Below, piece after piece: positions 9,251-19,390 of a stretch of DNA of 64,000 bases (the first letter of the stretch is position 1; each line of letters begins with the position of its first letter). The notes under the pieces are model-generated. The model ran no database searches, was not told the origin of the DNA, and saw nothing but the letters and a program-made list of their open reading frames with translations. Made by a program: the position numbers and the translations under genes. Origin of the DNA: Nitrospirota bacterium (GTDB lineage: Bacteria; Nitrospirota; UBA9217); the NCBI GenBank assembly GCA_029858565.1, contig JAOUEV010000001.1:32001-96000 (forward strand), read 5' to 3'.

Positions 9251-10192
9251 ATGGCAACATCGGCGATATTGCTGGAGGTCGGGACCAACGAGCTCGAGAT
9301 CCTGGAGTTCTACATCGATGAGGAACAGCCGGGCGGCGAGCGCGATCGGGTCTACTTCGGCATGAACGTGGCAAAGGTCATGCAAGTGATCGAGAATCCG
9401 GATATGCCGCCGAGCGACTATTCCCAGAACCCTTCATTCCTGGGCGTCATTCCCCTGCGCGACCATATTCTTCCGGTCATCGACCTGAGCATCTGGCTCG
9501 GTATGCACCGGGCGGCGAGCCCCTTCGACCTGATCATTGCGACCGAGTTCAGTCAGGCCGTGAACGGATTCCTCGTCTCCGGCGTGACGGAGATCCACCG
9601 GGTCGGCTGGGACCAGGTCAAACCGCCGGGCACGTTCCTTTCCCGGTTCGCCGGCGCGTCCATCATCGGCACGGTCGAGCGGCCTGATCATCTGATCCAG
9701 CTTCTGGACATGGAGAGCATCCTGACCGATCTCAATCCCGATGTCATGCGCATGGCCGCATTCAGCCAGGTGCATGCGCGGGAACACTATCCCGTGCTCG
9801 TTGCCGACGATTCCCAGCCCATTCTTGAGATGATCACCAAAAACCTGCGGGCGGCCAATTTCGAGCCCTTCACGGTCTCGAACGGCCAGGCCGCCTGGGA
9901 CGCCATCTGCCGCCTCCGCGACCGCGCAACGGCCGAGGGAGTGGACATCTACGATCTGGTGCGCATCGTGATCTCGGACATCGAGATGCCCATGCTGGAC
10001 GGATTCACGCTGACCAAGCGCATCAAGGACGACCCGGTGCTCGGGAAGATCCCGGTGATTCTCTACTCCTCAATAATTACCCGCGAACTGCACCACAAGG
10101 GGGAGTTTGTGAAGGCGGACGATCAGGTCTCGAAGCCCGAGCTGCAGGAAATGGCCAAGCGGGCCATCGCGCTGATCGAGGCTGCCGCATGA
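9251..10192 (+). CDS. cheV: Chemotaxis protein CheV (CheW plus receiver domain)
   Basis: LEVGTNELEILEF, FGMNVAKV, ADDS, SDIEMPMLDG; GGAGG RBS. Confidence 0.92.
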   Translation: MATSAILLEVGTNELEILEFYIDEEQPGGERDRVYFGMNVAKVMQVIENPDMPPSDYSQNPSFLGVIPLRDHILPVIDLSIWLGMHRAASPFDLIIATEFSQAVNGFLVSGVTEIHRVGWDQVKPPGTFLSRFAGASIIGTVERPDHLIQLLDMESILTDLNPDVMRMAAFSQVHAREHYPVLVADDSQPILEMITKNLRAANFEPFTVSNGQAAWDAICRLRDRATAEGVDIYDLVRIVISDIEMPMLDGFTLTKRIKDDPVLGKIPVILYSSIITRELHHKGEFVKADDQVSKPELQEMAKRAIALIEAAA

Positions 10193-10599
10193 GAGGCGTG
10201 ACGAAGATCGACCGGGAGGCGCTTGCGCTGTTCTGCGAGGAATCCGCGGACCGGCTCGCCAGGATATCCGACTCCCTCGACCGACTGGCAGCATCCAGGC
10301 CAATGGATGCCGAACTGCTGCACGCTGTCTTCCGGGACACCCATTCCATGAAAAGCGCGGCGAATCTGCTGGACCTCAAGCCGGTGGAGCGGCTCGCCCA
10401 CAGGCTCGAAGACATCCTGGAGAGCATCCGGAGCGGCGCTGAGCTGCCAGACCGGGAGCTCGTCGGCATCCTGAGCGCCGGGTATGGCCGGATCGCACGG
10501 CTTCTCGAAAACCTCCATCTGCTGCCGCTGATCGACGTGAGCAAGGACCTCGCAGAGATCGATCACCAGATCGCCGCCCGCCGCTCTTCAGGACGATGA
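10189..10599 (+). CDS. Stand-alone Hpt (CheA P1-like) domain protein
   Basis: FCEES...AVFRDTHSMKSAA...LAHRLEDIL; overlaps the cheV stop. Confidence 0.85.
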   Translation: MRGVTKIDREALALFCEESADRLARISDSLDRLAASRPMDAELLHAVFRDTHSMKSAANLLDLKPVERLAHRLEDILESIRSGAELPDRELVGILSAGYGRIARLLENLHLLPLIDVSKDLAEIDHQIAARRSSGR

Positions 10600-10749
10600 A
10601 AATCGCTCAACCTCAAAAGAGCAGGATCACAAGAGAGGCTACGGGGGCAGGTCCTTCCTGTCAGAGTCGCCCTTTGGTCCTGCTGAAAACATATAGCCCC
10701 GCTGCATCAAGGGCTCGAACATCTTTGGGCAAGGTCTTTGCTGTTGGCA

Positions 10750-11874
10750 TTAATCTTTTGCCATGCCGCAGAGGTTCTTGCCGATTTCCAGTTCCTTGCG
10801 TTTCGCCTCGTCGGGATCGAGCTGTCCCAGGTTCACTTTCCTGATGTCCTGGTAGCGCTGCGGATTTTCCATCAGGCTGGCTTTGATGTGGCCGAGGAAT
10901 GCCGGAAACTCCTTGATTTGGTAGAGGTCGCTATTGGTCCTGGCTTCGTCGAGCGTCATCCGCACGATGCCGTCCTTGTCCTGCTCCTTGAGCGAGAAGG
11001 CGTGGGTCGGAAGGATCACGATGCTTCCCTCCAGCTTGCCGAACCGGGTGAAGAGCGTCTCGAACAGGAGCTTTGCCCAGTCATCAGCCATGCCGCCCAG
11101 GTCCGGTCTGCCGATACTCGCTTTCATGATCGTATCGCCGGTGAAAAGGACCTTGCCGTCCAGCAGGAATGACGTGCTGCCCGGTGTGTGGCCGGGGGAA
11201 TGGATCACGTCGAGGGTGCATTTACCGAAGGTGATCCGTTCGCCGTCCTTGAGCGGCACGAAGGAATAGGCAGCGCCTGCCGCGTCAACCGGATGGATAT
11301 GGTAGGTCGCGCCGGTGCGCCTGGCGATCTCCCTGCCGCCTGATATATGGTCAGCCTGGAGATGGGTGTCGAAGACCTTGGTTATCTTTGCCTTTGCCGC
11401 GACTGCGAGGTCGATGATCTGGTCCGTGTGGCGGACCGCATCAATCACAACGGCCTCTCCTTCGGATACGATCACGTGGGTGATGCATCCCCGCGCGGAG
11501 CGGTAGATCTGGTAGATGGCCGGCCGGTCGCTTACGGTATGAGTCTCGTAAAAGTCGCTCCACGCGTCCATACCGCCCTGCAGGGTGATGGCGTCGTATC
11601 CCTTTGCCCGCAGGAGCTCGGCGGTGTATTTGGAGGAATCGCCGTGAGCGCAAATGGTCACGATCTGGCGGTCCTTGGGAAATTTGGCTAGATGGCTGTC
11701 CTCCTCGCCCACGAACTCCTCCTGGGGGATGTTCAGGGCCTCGACCTCGGTCCTGCCCTCGATCCTCCATCCCGAGAAATCCTCGCGGTTCCGGAGGTCG
11801 AAGATGAATCTGATCTCGCCGGCATCAAGTTTCTTTTTGAACTCCTGTGATGTGACGGTCACTGACTGCTGCAT
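10750..11874 (-). CDS. Rhodanese plus metallo-beta-lactamase-fold protein (persulfide dioxygenase-like)
   Basis: Rhodanese ICAHG...LQGGM; MBL THLQADH, SPGHT, TGD and GRPDL motifs. Confidence 0.88.
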   Translation of the reverse strand: MQQSVTVTSQEFKKKLDAGEIRFIFDLRNREDFSGWRIEGRTEVEALNIPQEEFVGEEDSHLAKFPKDRQIVTICAHGDSSKYTAELLRAKGYDAITLQGGMDAWSDFYETHTVSDRPAIYQIYRSARGCITHVIVSEGEAVVIDAVRHTDQIIDLAVAAKAKITKVFDTHLQADHISGGREIARRTGATYHIHPVDAAGAAYSFVPLKDGERITFGKCTLDVIHSPGHTPGSTSFLLDGKVLFTGDTIMKASIGRPDLGGMADDWAKLLFETLFTRFGKLEGSIVILPTHAFSLKEQDKDGIVRMTLDEARTNSDLYQIKEFPAFLGHIKASLMENPQRYQDIRKVNLGQLDPDEAKRKELEIGKNLCGMAKD

Positions 11875-12196
11875 ATTGCTGCTCCTCTCTTCTGTATCTG
11901 CCTGCTGTGGCTAACAGGACAACAAATATCCTCAATACAATGTACTTATCATTATGCCGCGCACGGGCGGGAATTTCAAGTGGTTTTGGCTGATACCGGG
12001 TGAAATGCGTTCTGACCACGGGTGGGACAAACAGGATTCTACCAGATAGAACCACCGTCAGTGTCGATAAAGCGAATCGCTCGGGAACTGGTCAAGGCGG
12101 ATGGGGTCTCCCGCCTTGTTCGATCAGGACAGCGCCTGGCCAACGCCAGGTACCGTGCAGGGGGAGGAGGGGATAGGCAGAGGGGATAGGCATCAC

Positions 12197-12225
12197 TTGA
12201 CAAAATATGTAACACATGCTACATT
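12197..12225 (+). promoter_or_regulatory. Sigma70 promoter with overlapping palindrome, upstream of the chromate cluster
   Basis: TTGACA-17 bp-TACATT with TGn; inverted repeat ATGTA-N8-TACAT at 12207-12224. Confidence 0.65.
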
Positions 12226-12568
12226 TCGAGCAAGAGATACATATAGAGTGCTCCCTGAAACGGCTATTGAACGAAATTCAAGATGTTTTAGCTGATGCGG
12301 CGTTGCTGGAAAGGGGAGCTGCGCTATTGCTCCCGCTCGTGTATGCGGCGTTGAGCGGGATCCATCGAGGAAAACCTGATCGAAGTGGCTTTTGCCGAAG
12401 CCGCGGATTACGACGGTATCCACAAGGCGATCCTGCGCGAGCATCGGGAGGAGCGTGATATCGCCCATTCTGACGATTACGGTCAGGGTGACGATGCGCT
12501 CTGTTTGGTGTGATCAAGCGACGATAGGGCGAGCAACATCGATCGATGCCCGATATCAGGAGCACCGC

Positions 12569-13549
12569 ATGCCTAAAAGAAATAATCAGGAATGGCTTCT
12601 TGTCTTTTACAGCGTGCCAGCCCATCCGGTAAGCGCCAGGATGAAAATATGGAGAAAGCTGGCAAAGGCCGGAGCTGTTCAACTCAAGGGAGCGGTCTAT
12701 CTGCTTCCGGCCAGCGACGAGCATGAGGAGCTTCTTCAGTGGCTCATCGGCGAGGTGCGGTCCATGGGAGGAGACGGCGCATTTGTCCGGACCGCAGAGA
12801 TCAGGACCATGGCTGAAGCGGACATCCGAAGTCTTTTCCTTCAGCAGACCGAGCAGGAAATCTCCAAGCTCGAGAAGGATCTCGTGGTCGTGGAGAGAAA
12901 GGTGCAAAGCTTCAGAAAAGGGACGAAACCAAAAGACGCCGGAAGTGTTGTCACTGCTCTGGGAAAGATCGTCAAGGAGTACGAAGGCATATCCCGCCGT
13001 GACTTCTTTTCCTCCCATTCAGTCGGGGCGCTGAAAAAGCGCCTTCAGGCGGCTGAGTCTGGTCTCAAGAGCGAGGGAGCGGGTTTCCGCGAAGTGACGG
13101 CGCCGATAGCGCTCAGGCGGGTTGAGGACTACCAGCGCCGCATCTGGGCGACCCGGAAGAATCCCTTTGTGGACCGGATGGCATCGGCCTGGCTCATTCA
13201 GCGGTTCATCGATGCGAAGGCAGCGTTCCGGTTCGTTGATGAGAAAGAGGTCCTGCGCCTCGGCCCGGGTATGGTCGCCTTTGATGTCCATGGCGGAGAG
13301 TTCACGCATCACGGAGAACTCTGCACATTTGAAGTGCTGGTGAAGGCCTTCGGGATCAAGGACAAGGCCGTCAGCAGAATCGCGGAGATCGTGCATGATC
13401 TCGATCTGAAGGATGACAAGTACCAGAGGCCGGAGACGACCGGCGTGGAGGACATCCTCGCAGGCATCCGCAGGACGGCGAAAGATGATGCCGACGGCCT
13501 GGAACGGGGCATGGCCGTGTTCGAGATGCTCTACCGATCCAGGTCGTGA
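12569..13549 (+). CDS. chrB: Chromate resistance regulator ChrB
   Basis: N-terminal RMKIWRKL..GAV.L domain; C-terminal WATRKNPFVDRMASAWLIQRFID, CTFE and IVHDLD motifs. Confidence 0.92.
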   Translation: MPKRNNQEWLLVFYSVPAHPVSARMKIWRKLAKAGAVQLKGAVYLLPASDEHEELLQWLIGEVRSMGGDGAFVRTAEIRTMAEADIRSLFLQQTEQEISKLEKDLVVVERKVQSFRKGTKPKDAGSVVTALGKIVKEYEGISRRDFFSSHSVGALKKRLQAAESGLKSEGAGFREVTAPIALRRVEDYQRRIWATRKNPFVDRMASAWLIQRFIDAKAAFRFVDEKEVLRLGPGMVAFDVHGGEFTHHGELCTFEVLVKAFGIKDKAVSRIAEIVHDLDLKDDKYQRPETTGVEDILAGIRRTAKDDADGLERGMAVFEMLYRSRS

Positions 13550-13550
13550 C

Positions 13551-13784
13551 ATGGCCGACAGAAAGAGAATATCCATGCCAGGTGAACAGATCTCCTTTCG
13601 GGACGCTTTGAAGTACTGGTTCAAGCCCGGTCTCATCGGTTATCCCCGACTCCGGCGGCTACGAATGGTACGCGCTTGTCGCTTCTCTCGCAGTATTCGC
13701 CGGGATGGCGCGATTCAAGTGGGGCATGTACCGGTCATTTTCGGATCAGCGTTTGCCGGATTCCTGTGGAAGATGATCGTTTGA
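13551..13784 (+). pseudogene. chrA: Chromate efflux transporter chrA remnant (large internal deletion plus frameshift)
   Basis: ChrA-like start ISFRDALKYWFKPGLIG joined out of frame to a C-terminal-like EWYALVASLAVFAGMARFKWGM/PVIFGSAFAGFLWKMIV*; directly after chrB. Confidence 0.75.
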
Positions 13785-13817
13785 ACATGCAATTGCAGGA
13801 ACGAAGGAGGATTGAAT

Positions 13818-14102
13818 ATGCCGCCCGTACCAGGACATGTAAAATCGAGTTTGGAAAGAACAGGGAAGGAATATAAGGAGGTTCATGAGTGGCTGGATAT
13901 GGACCCCGAGAACAAGGCCGCCCGACATGACATCACAAAGATACACGAATACGGCACGATGATCGAGCAGAAGTACGGCGTCGAAGCGCGGCAGGAATAT
14001 ATCAGGCATCTTCACGACGATATGAAGGCCAAGTTCAGCCATCTGCAGCATGATTTTGAGAAACAGATAGCCGATACGCTCGATTATTTCGGGGTGAAGT
14101 AA
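13818..14102 (+). CDS. Hypothetical protein (His-rich, chromate cluster)
   Basis: AGGAGG RBS; HEWLD, RHD and HLHDD segments. Confidence 0.75.
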   Translation: MPPVPGHVKSSLERTGKEYKEVHEWLDMDPENKAARHDITKIHEYGTMIEQKYGVEARQEYIRHLHDDMKAKFSHLQHDFEKQIADTLDYFGVK

Positions 14103-14121
14103 CCGGAGGGAGGGCGAGGCA

Positions 14122-14676
14122 ATGGGTTACGCGATAGAGAAGATAGATATCGATGTACTGCGGACAGCAGGGATGTCCGAGGAAGACATTACGCATAGTG
14201 TTCAGGTGGCTGAAAAGGCCCTCGAAATTGCCGGGCGCATCCACAACAACGAGATCGACCAGGAACTGGTGGGGAAGGGCGCGCTCTTTCATGACCTCGG
14301 CAAGGCAAAGACGCATGAGATGGAGCACGGCAAGATCGGGGCGGAGCTTGGCTGCAGGTTGGGGCTGTCCCGGGAAATATGCGACATCATGGAAAAGCAC
14401 ATCCGGGGCGGATTAACAGAGTCTGAGGCCAGGGAGCTGGGTTTACCCGTCAAGGACTACACCCTGAGCCGGCTGGAAGAGCGGATCGTGATCTATGCTG
14501 ACCGGCTGGTTGACATCATCTATGACGGGATAGCAGCGGTCAAGGCAGAGCGGGATGCCGAAGACCGATTTGAAGAGATACTCCGGGCTTATCCGAAATA
14601 CGGCAAGAACGAGGTCACGCTCACGCGGTATCTTGGTTATCACCGCGAGATCCAGGGATTGATGAAGCAAACCTAA
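14122..14676 (+). CDS. HD (HDIG) domain phosphohydrolase
   Basis: HS...LFHDLGK...HG...H...YAD HD-domain motifs. Confidence 0.9.
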   Translation: MGYAIEKIDIDVLRTAGMSEEDITHSVQVAEKALEIAGRIHNNEIDQELVGKGALFHDLGKAKTHEMEHGKIGAELGCRLGLSREICDIMEKHIRGGLTESEARELGLPVKDYTLSRLEERIVIYADRLVDIIYDGIAAVKAERDAEDRFEEILRAYPKYGKNEVTLTRYLGYHREIQGLMKQT

Positions 14677-14689
14677 AGGAGCGTGCCAC

Positions 14690-14805
14690 ATGAAAAGGAC
14701 GATCACGCGATCAATGCCGCCGAGTGGATCGTGTACGATGCGCTCTATGCCTACTGTCAGGAGATGGTCGCGAAAGGGAAGTCCCATGGCGCATTCGCGG
14801 CGTGA
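14690..14805 (+). pseudogene. Remnant of a ChrF/ChrB-C-domain-like gene (internal deletion)
   Basis: AGGAG RBS plus ATG AAA, then out-of-frame KDDHAINAAEWIVYDALYAYCQEMVAKG...*; YDALY is the typical C-terminal motif of this family. Confidence 0.65.
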
Positions 14806-15991
14806 TGTGTTGTTCCTTTTTGCCGCGCGGAGCACGCGGCTCTTTGCCTATGGCGCGATCTCGGTCGTACTCGCCCTCTATCTCCATGCCGCAGGCCTCT
14901 CGGGCGCCGAGATAGGCCTTCTTTTCACGCTGACCCTTGCAGGCGACGCCGGCATCTCGCTGTGGATCACGACCGCTGCGGACCGGATCGGGAGGAGGAA
15001 GATGCTGCTCCTCGGCGCGGGGCTCATGATCGCCGCCGGCATCGCGTTCAGTCTGACCAACAACATCGTTGTGCTGATGATCGCGGGCATCATCGGCGTC
15101 ATAAGCCCGAGCGGGAACGAGATCGGCCCGTTCCTTTCCCTGGAACAGGCGGCCCTTTCACAGCTTCTTCCCGCCGAGAACCGCACCAGGGCCTTCGGAT
15201 GGTACAACCTCGCCGGCTCGCTGGCGACGGCCTGCGGCGCGCTGACAGGGGGAGGCCTGTCCAGCGGTCTGCAGCATGCGGGCCTTTCCGAACTGGCGTC
15301 CTATCGTGCCGTGCTTCAGCTCTATGCGCTGTGCGGATTCGGCCTTGTCGCCCTGTTCCTCATGCTCTCGCCGGAAGTGGAGACCGAGGTCGCGCCGGCG
15401 CAGCAGCGTCTGTTCGGCCTCCACAGGTCAAAAGGGGTAGTTCTGCGTCTTTCCGCCCTGTTCAGCCTTGATGCGTTTGCCGGCGGATTCGTGATCCAAA
15501 GCATGGTCGCCTACTGGTTCCACGTCAAGTTCGGGCTCGACGCGGGCCTTCTGGGAGGGATCTTCTTCGGAGCCAATGTCCTTGCAGGGGTGTCGGCGCT
15601 CCTTGCAGCACGGATCGCGGCGCGGATCGGCCTGATCAACACCATGGTCTTCACCCACATACCGTCGAATGTGCTCTTGTGTCTCGTCCCGTTCATGCCC
15701 GGCCCGGGATGGGCTGTGGCGGTGCTGATGCTTCGCTTCAGCATCTCACAGATGGACGTGCCCACGCGCCAGTCCTACACCATGGCCGTGGTAGCCCCGG
15801 ACGAGCGGTCTGCCGCTTCGGGGATAACGACCATAGCCCGTTCGCTGGGTGCGGCGGTCTCGCCTTCCCTGGCGGGGGTCCTGCTTGCCAGCCCGGCGCT
15901 CCTGGCCGCGCCCTTTCTGGTCGCGGGGGGCCTCAAGATCGTCTATGACCTGCTGTTGTACAAGAGTTTCCGGGATGCAGATATTCGGTGA
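14786..15991 (+). CDS. MFS transporter (chromate-cluster type)
   Basis: ADRIGRRK MFS motif, GVISPSGNEIGPF, SQMDVPTRQSY; about 12 TM helices. Confidence 0.92.
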   Translation: MAHSRRDVLFLFAARSTRLFAYGAISVVLALYLHAAGLSGAEIGLLFTLTLAGDAGISLWITTAADRIGRRKMLLLGAGLMIAAGIAFSLTNNIVVLMIAGIIGVISPSGNEIGPFLSLEQAALSQLLPAENRTRAFGWYNLAGSLATACGALTGGGLSSGLQHAGLSELASYRAVLQLYALCGFGLVALFLMLSPEVETEVAPAQQRLFGLHRSKGVVLRLSALFSLDAFAGGFVIQSMVAYWFHVKFGLDAGLLGGIFFGANVLAGVSALLAARIAARIGLINTMVFTHIPSNVLLCLVPFMPGPGWAVAVLMLRFSISQMDVPTRQSYTMAVVAPDERSAASGITTIARSLGAAVSPSLAGVLLASPALLAAPFLVAGGLKIVYDLLLYKSFRDADIR

Positions 15992-16009
15992 GCCTGCTGA
16001 TGATTCGGT

Positions 16010-16540
16010 TCAGCGTGCGGCAAGGATGCCGTCAATGTCCGCGGCGATCTCTTTCCCGATGCCGGGCCGGAATCCGGGGTAGGTGGTCCTGATGAGGTGG
16101 CTGCGGTCAATAATGACGGTCGCGGGAATGCGTGTGATACCATAGGCCTTGTACGCGCTGCCGTCGTCAATGAGCAGCCGATAGGTCATGCCGTGCTTGC
16201 CGGCGAATGCCTTTACCCGTGCCGTTGCATCGCTTTCCTTGTTCACGCTGATACCGATGACGACGACGCCTTTGTCTTGATACGCGCGATGGAGCGCTTC
16301 AAGCTCCGTCATTGCGTCCTTGCAGGGGCCGCACCAGGTTGCCCAGAAATCGAGCACGATCGCCTTGCCGGAGAAGTCTGTGAGCGCTACGGGGCTGCTC
16401 TCGGTGTCCCTGAGGGAGAATGCCGGTGCCGGATTGCCGGGGATCGCCGGCTGCTGCGACCCTGTCTGGGTGCAGCCGAGCAGGAGGATCAGTGCGGAAA
16501 GGAAAATGGTTCTTCCGGTTGATCTGTATCGAAGGTTCAT
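16010..16540 (-). CDS. TlpA family thiol-disulfide oxidoreductase (lipoprotein)
   Basis: LLGC lipobox; DFWATWCGPC. Confidence 0.92.
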   Translation of the reverse strand: MNLRYRSTGRTIFLSALILLLGCTQTGSQQPAIPGNPAPAFSLRDTESSPVALTDFSGKAIVLDFWATWCGPCKDAMTELEALHRAYQDKGVVVIGISVNKESDATARVKAFAGKHGMTYRLLIDDGSAYKAYGITRIPATVIIDRSHLIRTTYPGFRPGIGKEIAADIDGILAAR

Positions 16541-16632
16541 GGTTAACCATATACCACGGGGAAAAAAAGACAAGCACATCGACTGCCGCGAATTCAATTG
16601 CATTTCCTTGCATCACTCGGTAGAATTCCCCA

Positions 16633-18084
16633 ATGCTTTTTCAATGGACATACGGCTTCCTCCTCTCCGCTATCCTGCTCCTGACTGGATGCGGTGCCGG
16701 CTATCGTATCGGCGCTGCTGATCCGGGGGACAGCACGCTCGCGGCCAACGGGGATCCCGCTGCACTGGAGACCGGCGGTCCGGCCGATCCTGCGGCCATG
16801 CAGAACGGGAACAATGGCGCTGATGCTCCGGCTATCGACGCGGTAACAGCCGCGGACGGCGTTGTGGAGAGCGATGATGATGGCACGGCCGAGGAAGGTC
16901 CGCTCGATACTGCGCTGGAACTGGTCGAATCTGCCCGCGAACTCTGGGCCGGCGGCGACCGCGATCGCGCCATGGAAGCCCTTGACCAGGCCTATTCAGG
17001 GCTGTTGAACGCGCCGGTAGACGGTAACGACAAGGAGCTTCAGCAGCAGAAGGACGACCTCCGGTTCATGATCTCAAAGCGCCTGACGGAGATCTACTCC
17101 ACGCGCTATACCACGGCGAACGGTACGCACAAGGCGATACCGATCGTGGTGAACGAGCATGTGGAACGGGAGATCCGGTTGTTCCAGACGCTGGAAAGGG
17201 ATTTCTTCCTGGAATCCTACCAGCGGTCAGGCAGATACCGCGACATGATCCTCAAGATGCTCCGTGAGGCAGGAGTGCCCGAGGACATCGCCTGGCTGCC
17301 GCTCATTGAGAGCGGCTTCAAGGTGCGGGCGCTCTCGCGGGCGCGGGCGCTGGGACTCTGGCAGTTCATCCCGTCCACAGGATACAAGTTCGGCCTGAAG
17401 CGTACGGATTGGGTCGATGAACGCCTGGACCCGGAAAAGGCGACTGCGGCGGCCATTGCCTATTTGAAGGAACTGCACCAGATGTTCGGTGACTGGGCCA
17501 CGGTGCTTGCCGCATACAACTGCGGTGAGGGCGCGGTACTCCGGGCCATCCGCACGCAGAAGGTAAACTACCTGGATAATTTCTGGGATCTCTACGAGCG
17601 TCTGCCGCGCGAGACCGCGCGGTATTACCCGCGGTTCCTGGCGACCATTGCGATCATCAAGGAACCGGAGAAATACGGATTCACACTCGGCGAGCTTGAA
17701 CGTCCCGTCCCATTTGAGGTCGTTCCCATTTCCAAGCCGGTAAACCTGCAAAAACTGGCGGAGAAGATCGACTGTTCCGTCGAGGACCTGTCAGCGCTCA
17801 ATCCCGAGCTGCGCTATCTGGCGACGCCGGGCGCTTCCTACGATCTCAAGGTCCCGGTCGGGAAGGCAGCGCTCACCATCGCATCGGTAGACGCCCTTCC
17901 CAAGTACTCGCCGCCCAAGCCCGCCTATGTTGTTCATCGGGTAAGGCGGGGAGAGACGCTCTCGACAATTGCCCACCGCTATCGCACCAGTGTCCAGCGC
18001 ATTATGGACGCGAACAACCTCCGTTCGGGCCGCATGATCCGCGCGGGCAGGAAGCTCAAGATCCCCCTTACGCACGCGTCATAA
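16633..18084 (+). CDS. mltD: Membrane-bound lytic murein transglycosylase D-like (SLT plus LysM)
   Basis: LTGC lipobox; IESGF, GLWQF, AAYNCG, ET.RY; C-terminal LysM VRRGETLSTIA. Confidence 0.9.
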   Translation: MLFQWTYGFLLSAILLLTGCGAGYRIGAADPGDSTLAANGDPAALETGGPADPAAMQNGNNGADAPAIDAVTAADGVVESDDDGTAEEGPLDTALELVESARELWAGGDRDRAMEALDQAYSGLLNAPVDGNDKELQQQKDDLRFMISKRLTEIYSTRYTTANGTHKAIPIVVNEHVEREIRLFQTLERDFFLESYQRSGRYRDMILKMLREAGVPEDIAWLPLIESGFKVRALSRARALGLWQFIPSTGYKFGLKRTDWVDERLDPEKATAAAIAYLKELHQMFGDWATVLAAYNCGEGAVLRAIRTQKVNYLDNFWDLYERLPRETARYYPRFLATIAIIKEPEKYGFTLGELERPVPFEVVPISKPVNLQKLAEKIDCSVEDLSALNPELRYLATPGASYDLKVPVGKAALTIASVDALPKYSPPKPAYVVHRVRRGETLSTIAHRYRTSVQRIMDANNLRSGRMIRAGRKLKIPLTHAS

Positions 18085-18211
18085 TAATCTCCAGGACATT
18101 CAACGCGGTTTTGCGCAGAACTTACGATGATTTCCTGTGAAAGCGCTTACAGCATTCACCAGGACAGGATCATCATCTTGTGTCGGTGTTGAGGATCCCT
18201 TTTTTTGCAGA

Positions 18212-19390
18212 TCACGCATATTCTCCTGCGGCATGGGCTGAGGCCCAGGCCCAGTGCAGGTTATATCCTCCCAGCTCTCCTGTCACATCCATCACCTCTC
18301 CGATAAAGTAAAGCCCCGGCACTTTTTTTGCTTCCATGGTCTTTGATGACAGCTCATCGGTATGCACGCCGCCTGCGGTAACTTCCGCGATCCTGTATCC
18401 CTCGGTTCCCGCCGGTATGATCTTCCAGTTATGGAGACGGTCGGCAAGTTCCCGCAGATCCTTGTTCGAGCATTCGGTGATCGGCCATGCCGCGAACGAT
18501 GGGTCGAGCCAGGTCTGGACGAACCGTTTTGGAAGCAATTGACCAAGAAAATTTCCTACAGCCATGCGGCTTTGGCGCTTATCCTGAAAGCGCTCGTAAA
18601 TATCCCGGTCCGGAAGAAGGTTGATGTTCACCGGTGCGTTCGGTTCCCAGTAGAGCGATGCCTGGAGCACTGCAGGACCGCTCAGCCCCTTGTGCGTGAA
18701 CAGTATATTGCCCCGATAGGTCTTGCCCCCGCAGGCAACGGAAGCGTCCAGGGAAATACCCGCGCATTCTCTGAACCGTTTTTGCGCCGGGCCGGGGAAA
18801 AGCAGTGGCACGAGCGCGGGCCGGGGAGGAACCAGCTCAAGGCCGAATTGCCGGGCGATCTCATGGCCAAATGAGCTTGCACCGAGGTTTTCATAGGACA
18901 GACCTCCGGTGGCGATGACAAGCGACCGTGATTGAAACGCGCCCTTTCCGGTTGTGACCGTGAAACCCCCTTCTTGAACAATACGATGAACAGGACAGTC
19001 GAGATTGATCACAACGCCTGCGGAAGTGCATTCCCGTTCAAGCATGGCGATAATATCCTTTGCACTATCCCGGCAGAACATCTGACCCGCCTCTTTTTCA
19101 TAGTAGGCGATATGGTGCAGGGCAACGAGTGACAGCATGTCCCGGGGCGTGAACCGGGCAAGGGCTGATTTGCAGAAATTGGGATTTCTGGATCGATAAT
19201 GCTCTGCCGCAGCGTTCAGGTTCGTAAAGTTGCATCGACCCCCTCCTGAGATCCGCACCTTGGACCCTGTGCGGCTGGCATGATCCAGCACCAGCACGGA
19301 CCGGCCCCGTCCGGCGCAAAGAGCGGCACAGAACATCCCGGCTGCGCCGGCGCCGATGATGATAACGTCGCTTTTCTCATCTGCCTTCAT
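18212..19390 (-). CDS. BaiN/YhiN (HI0933) family NAD(P)/FAD-dependent oxidoreductase
   Basis: GAGAAG, ISGGGRCNFTN, LFTHKGLSGP and GELGGYNL; AGGAG RBS before ATG 19390. Confidence 0.93.
   Translation of the reverse strand: MKADEKSDVIIIGAGAAGMFCAALCAGRGRSVLVLDHASRTGSKVRISGGGRCNFTNLNAAAEHYRSRNPNFCKSALARFTPRDMLSLVALHHIAYYEKEAGQMFCRDSAKDIIAMLERECTSAGVVINLDCPVHRIVQEGGFTVTTGKGAFQSRSLVIATGGLSYENLGASSFGHEIARQFGLELVPPRPALVPLLFPGPAQKRFRECAGISLDASVACGGKTYRGNILFTHKGLSGPAVLQASLYWEPNAPVNINLLPDRDIYERFQDKRQSRMAVGNFLGQLLPKRFVQTWLDPSFAAWPITECSNKDLRELADRLHNWKIIPAGTEGYRIAEVTAGGVHTDELSSKTMEAKKVPGLYFIGEVMDVTGELGGYNLHWAWASAHAAGEYA

Noticed and set aside
14690-14785. ORF-track start of the MFS gene at 14690
   Set aside because: The extension is better explained as the alternative frame of a deleted chrF-like gene; the MFS likely starts at 14786
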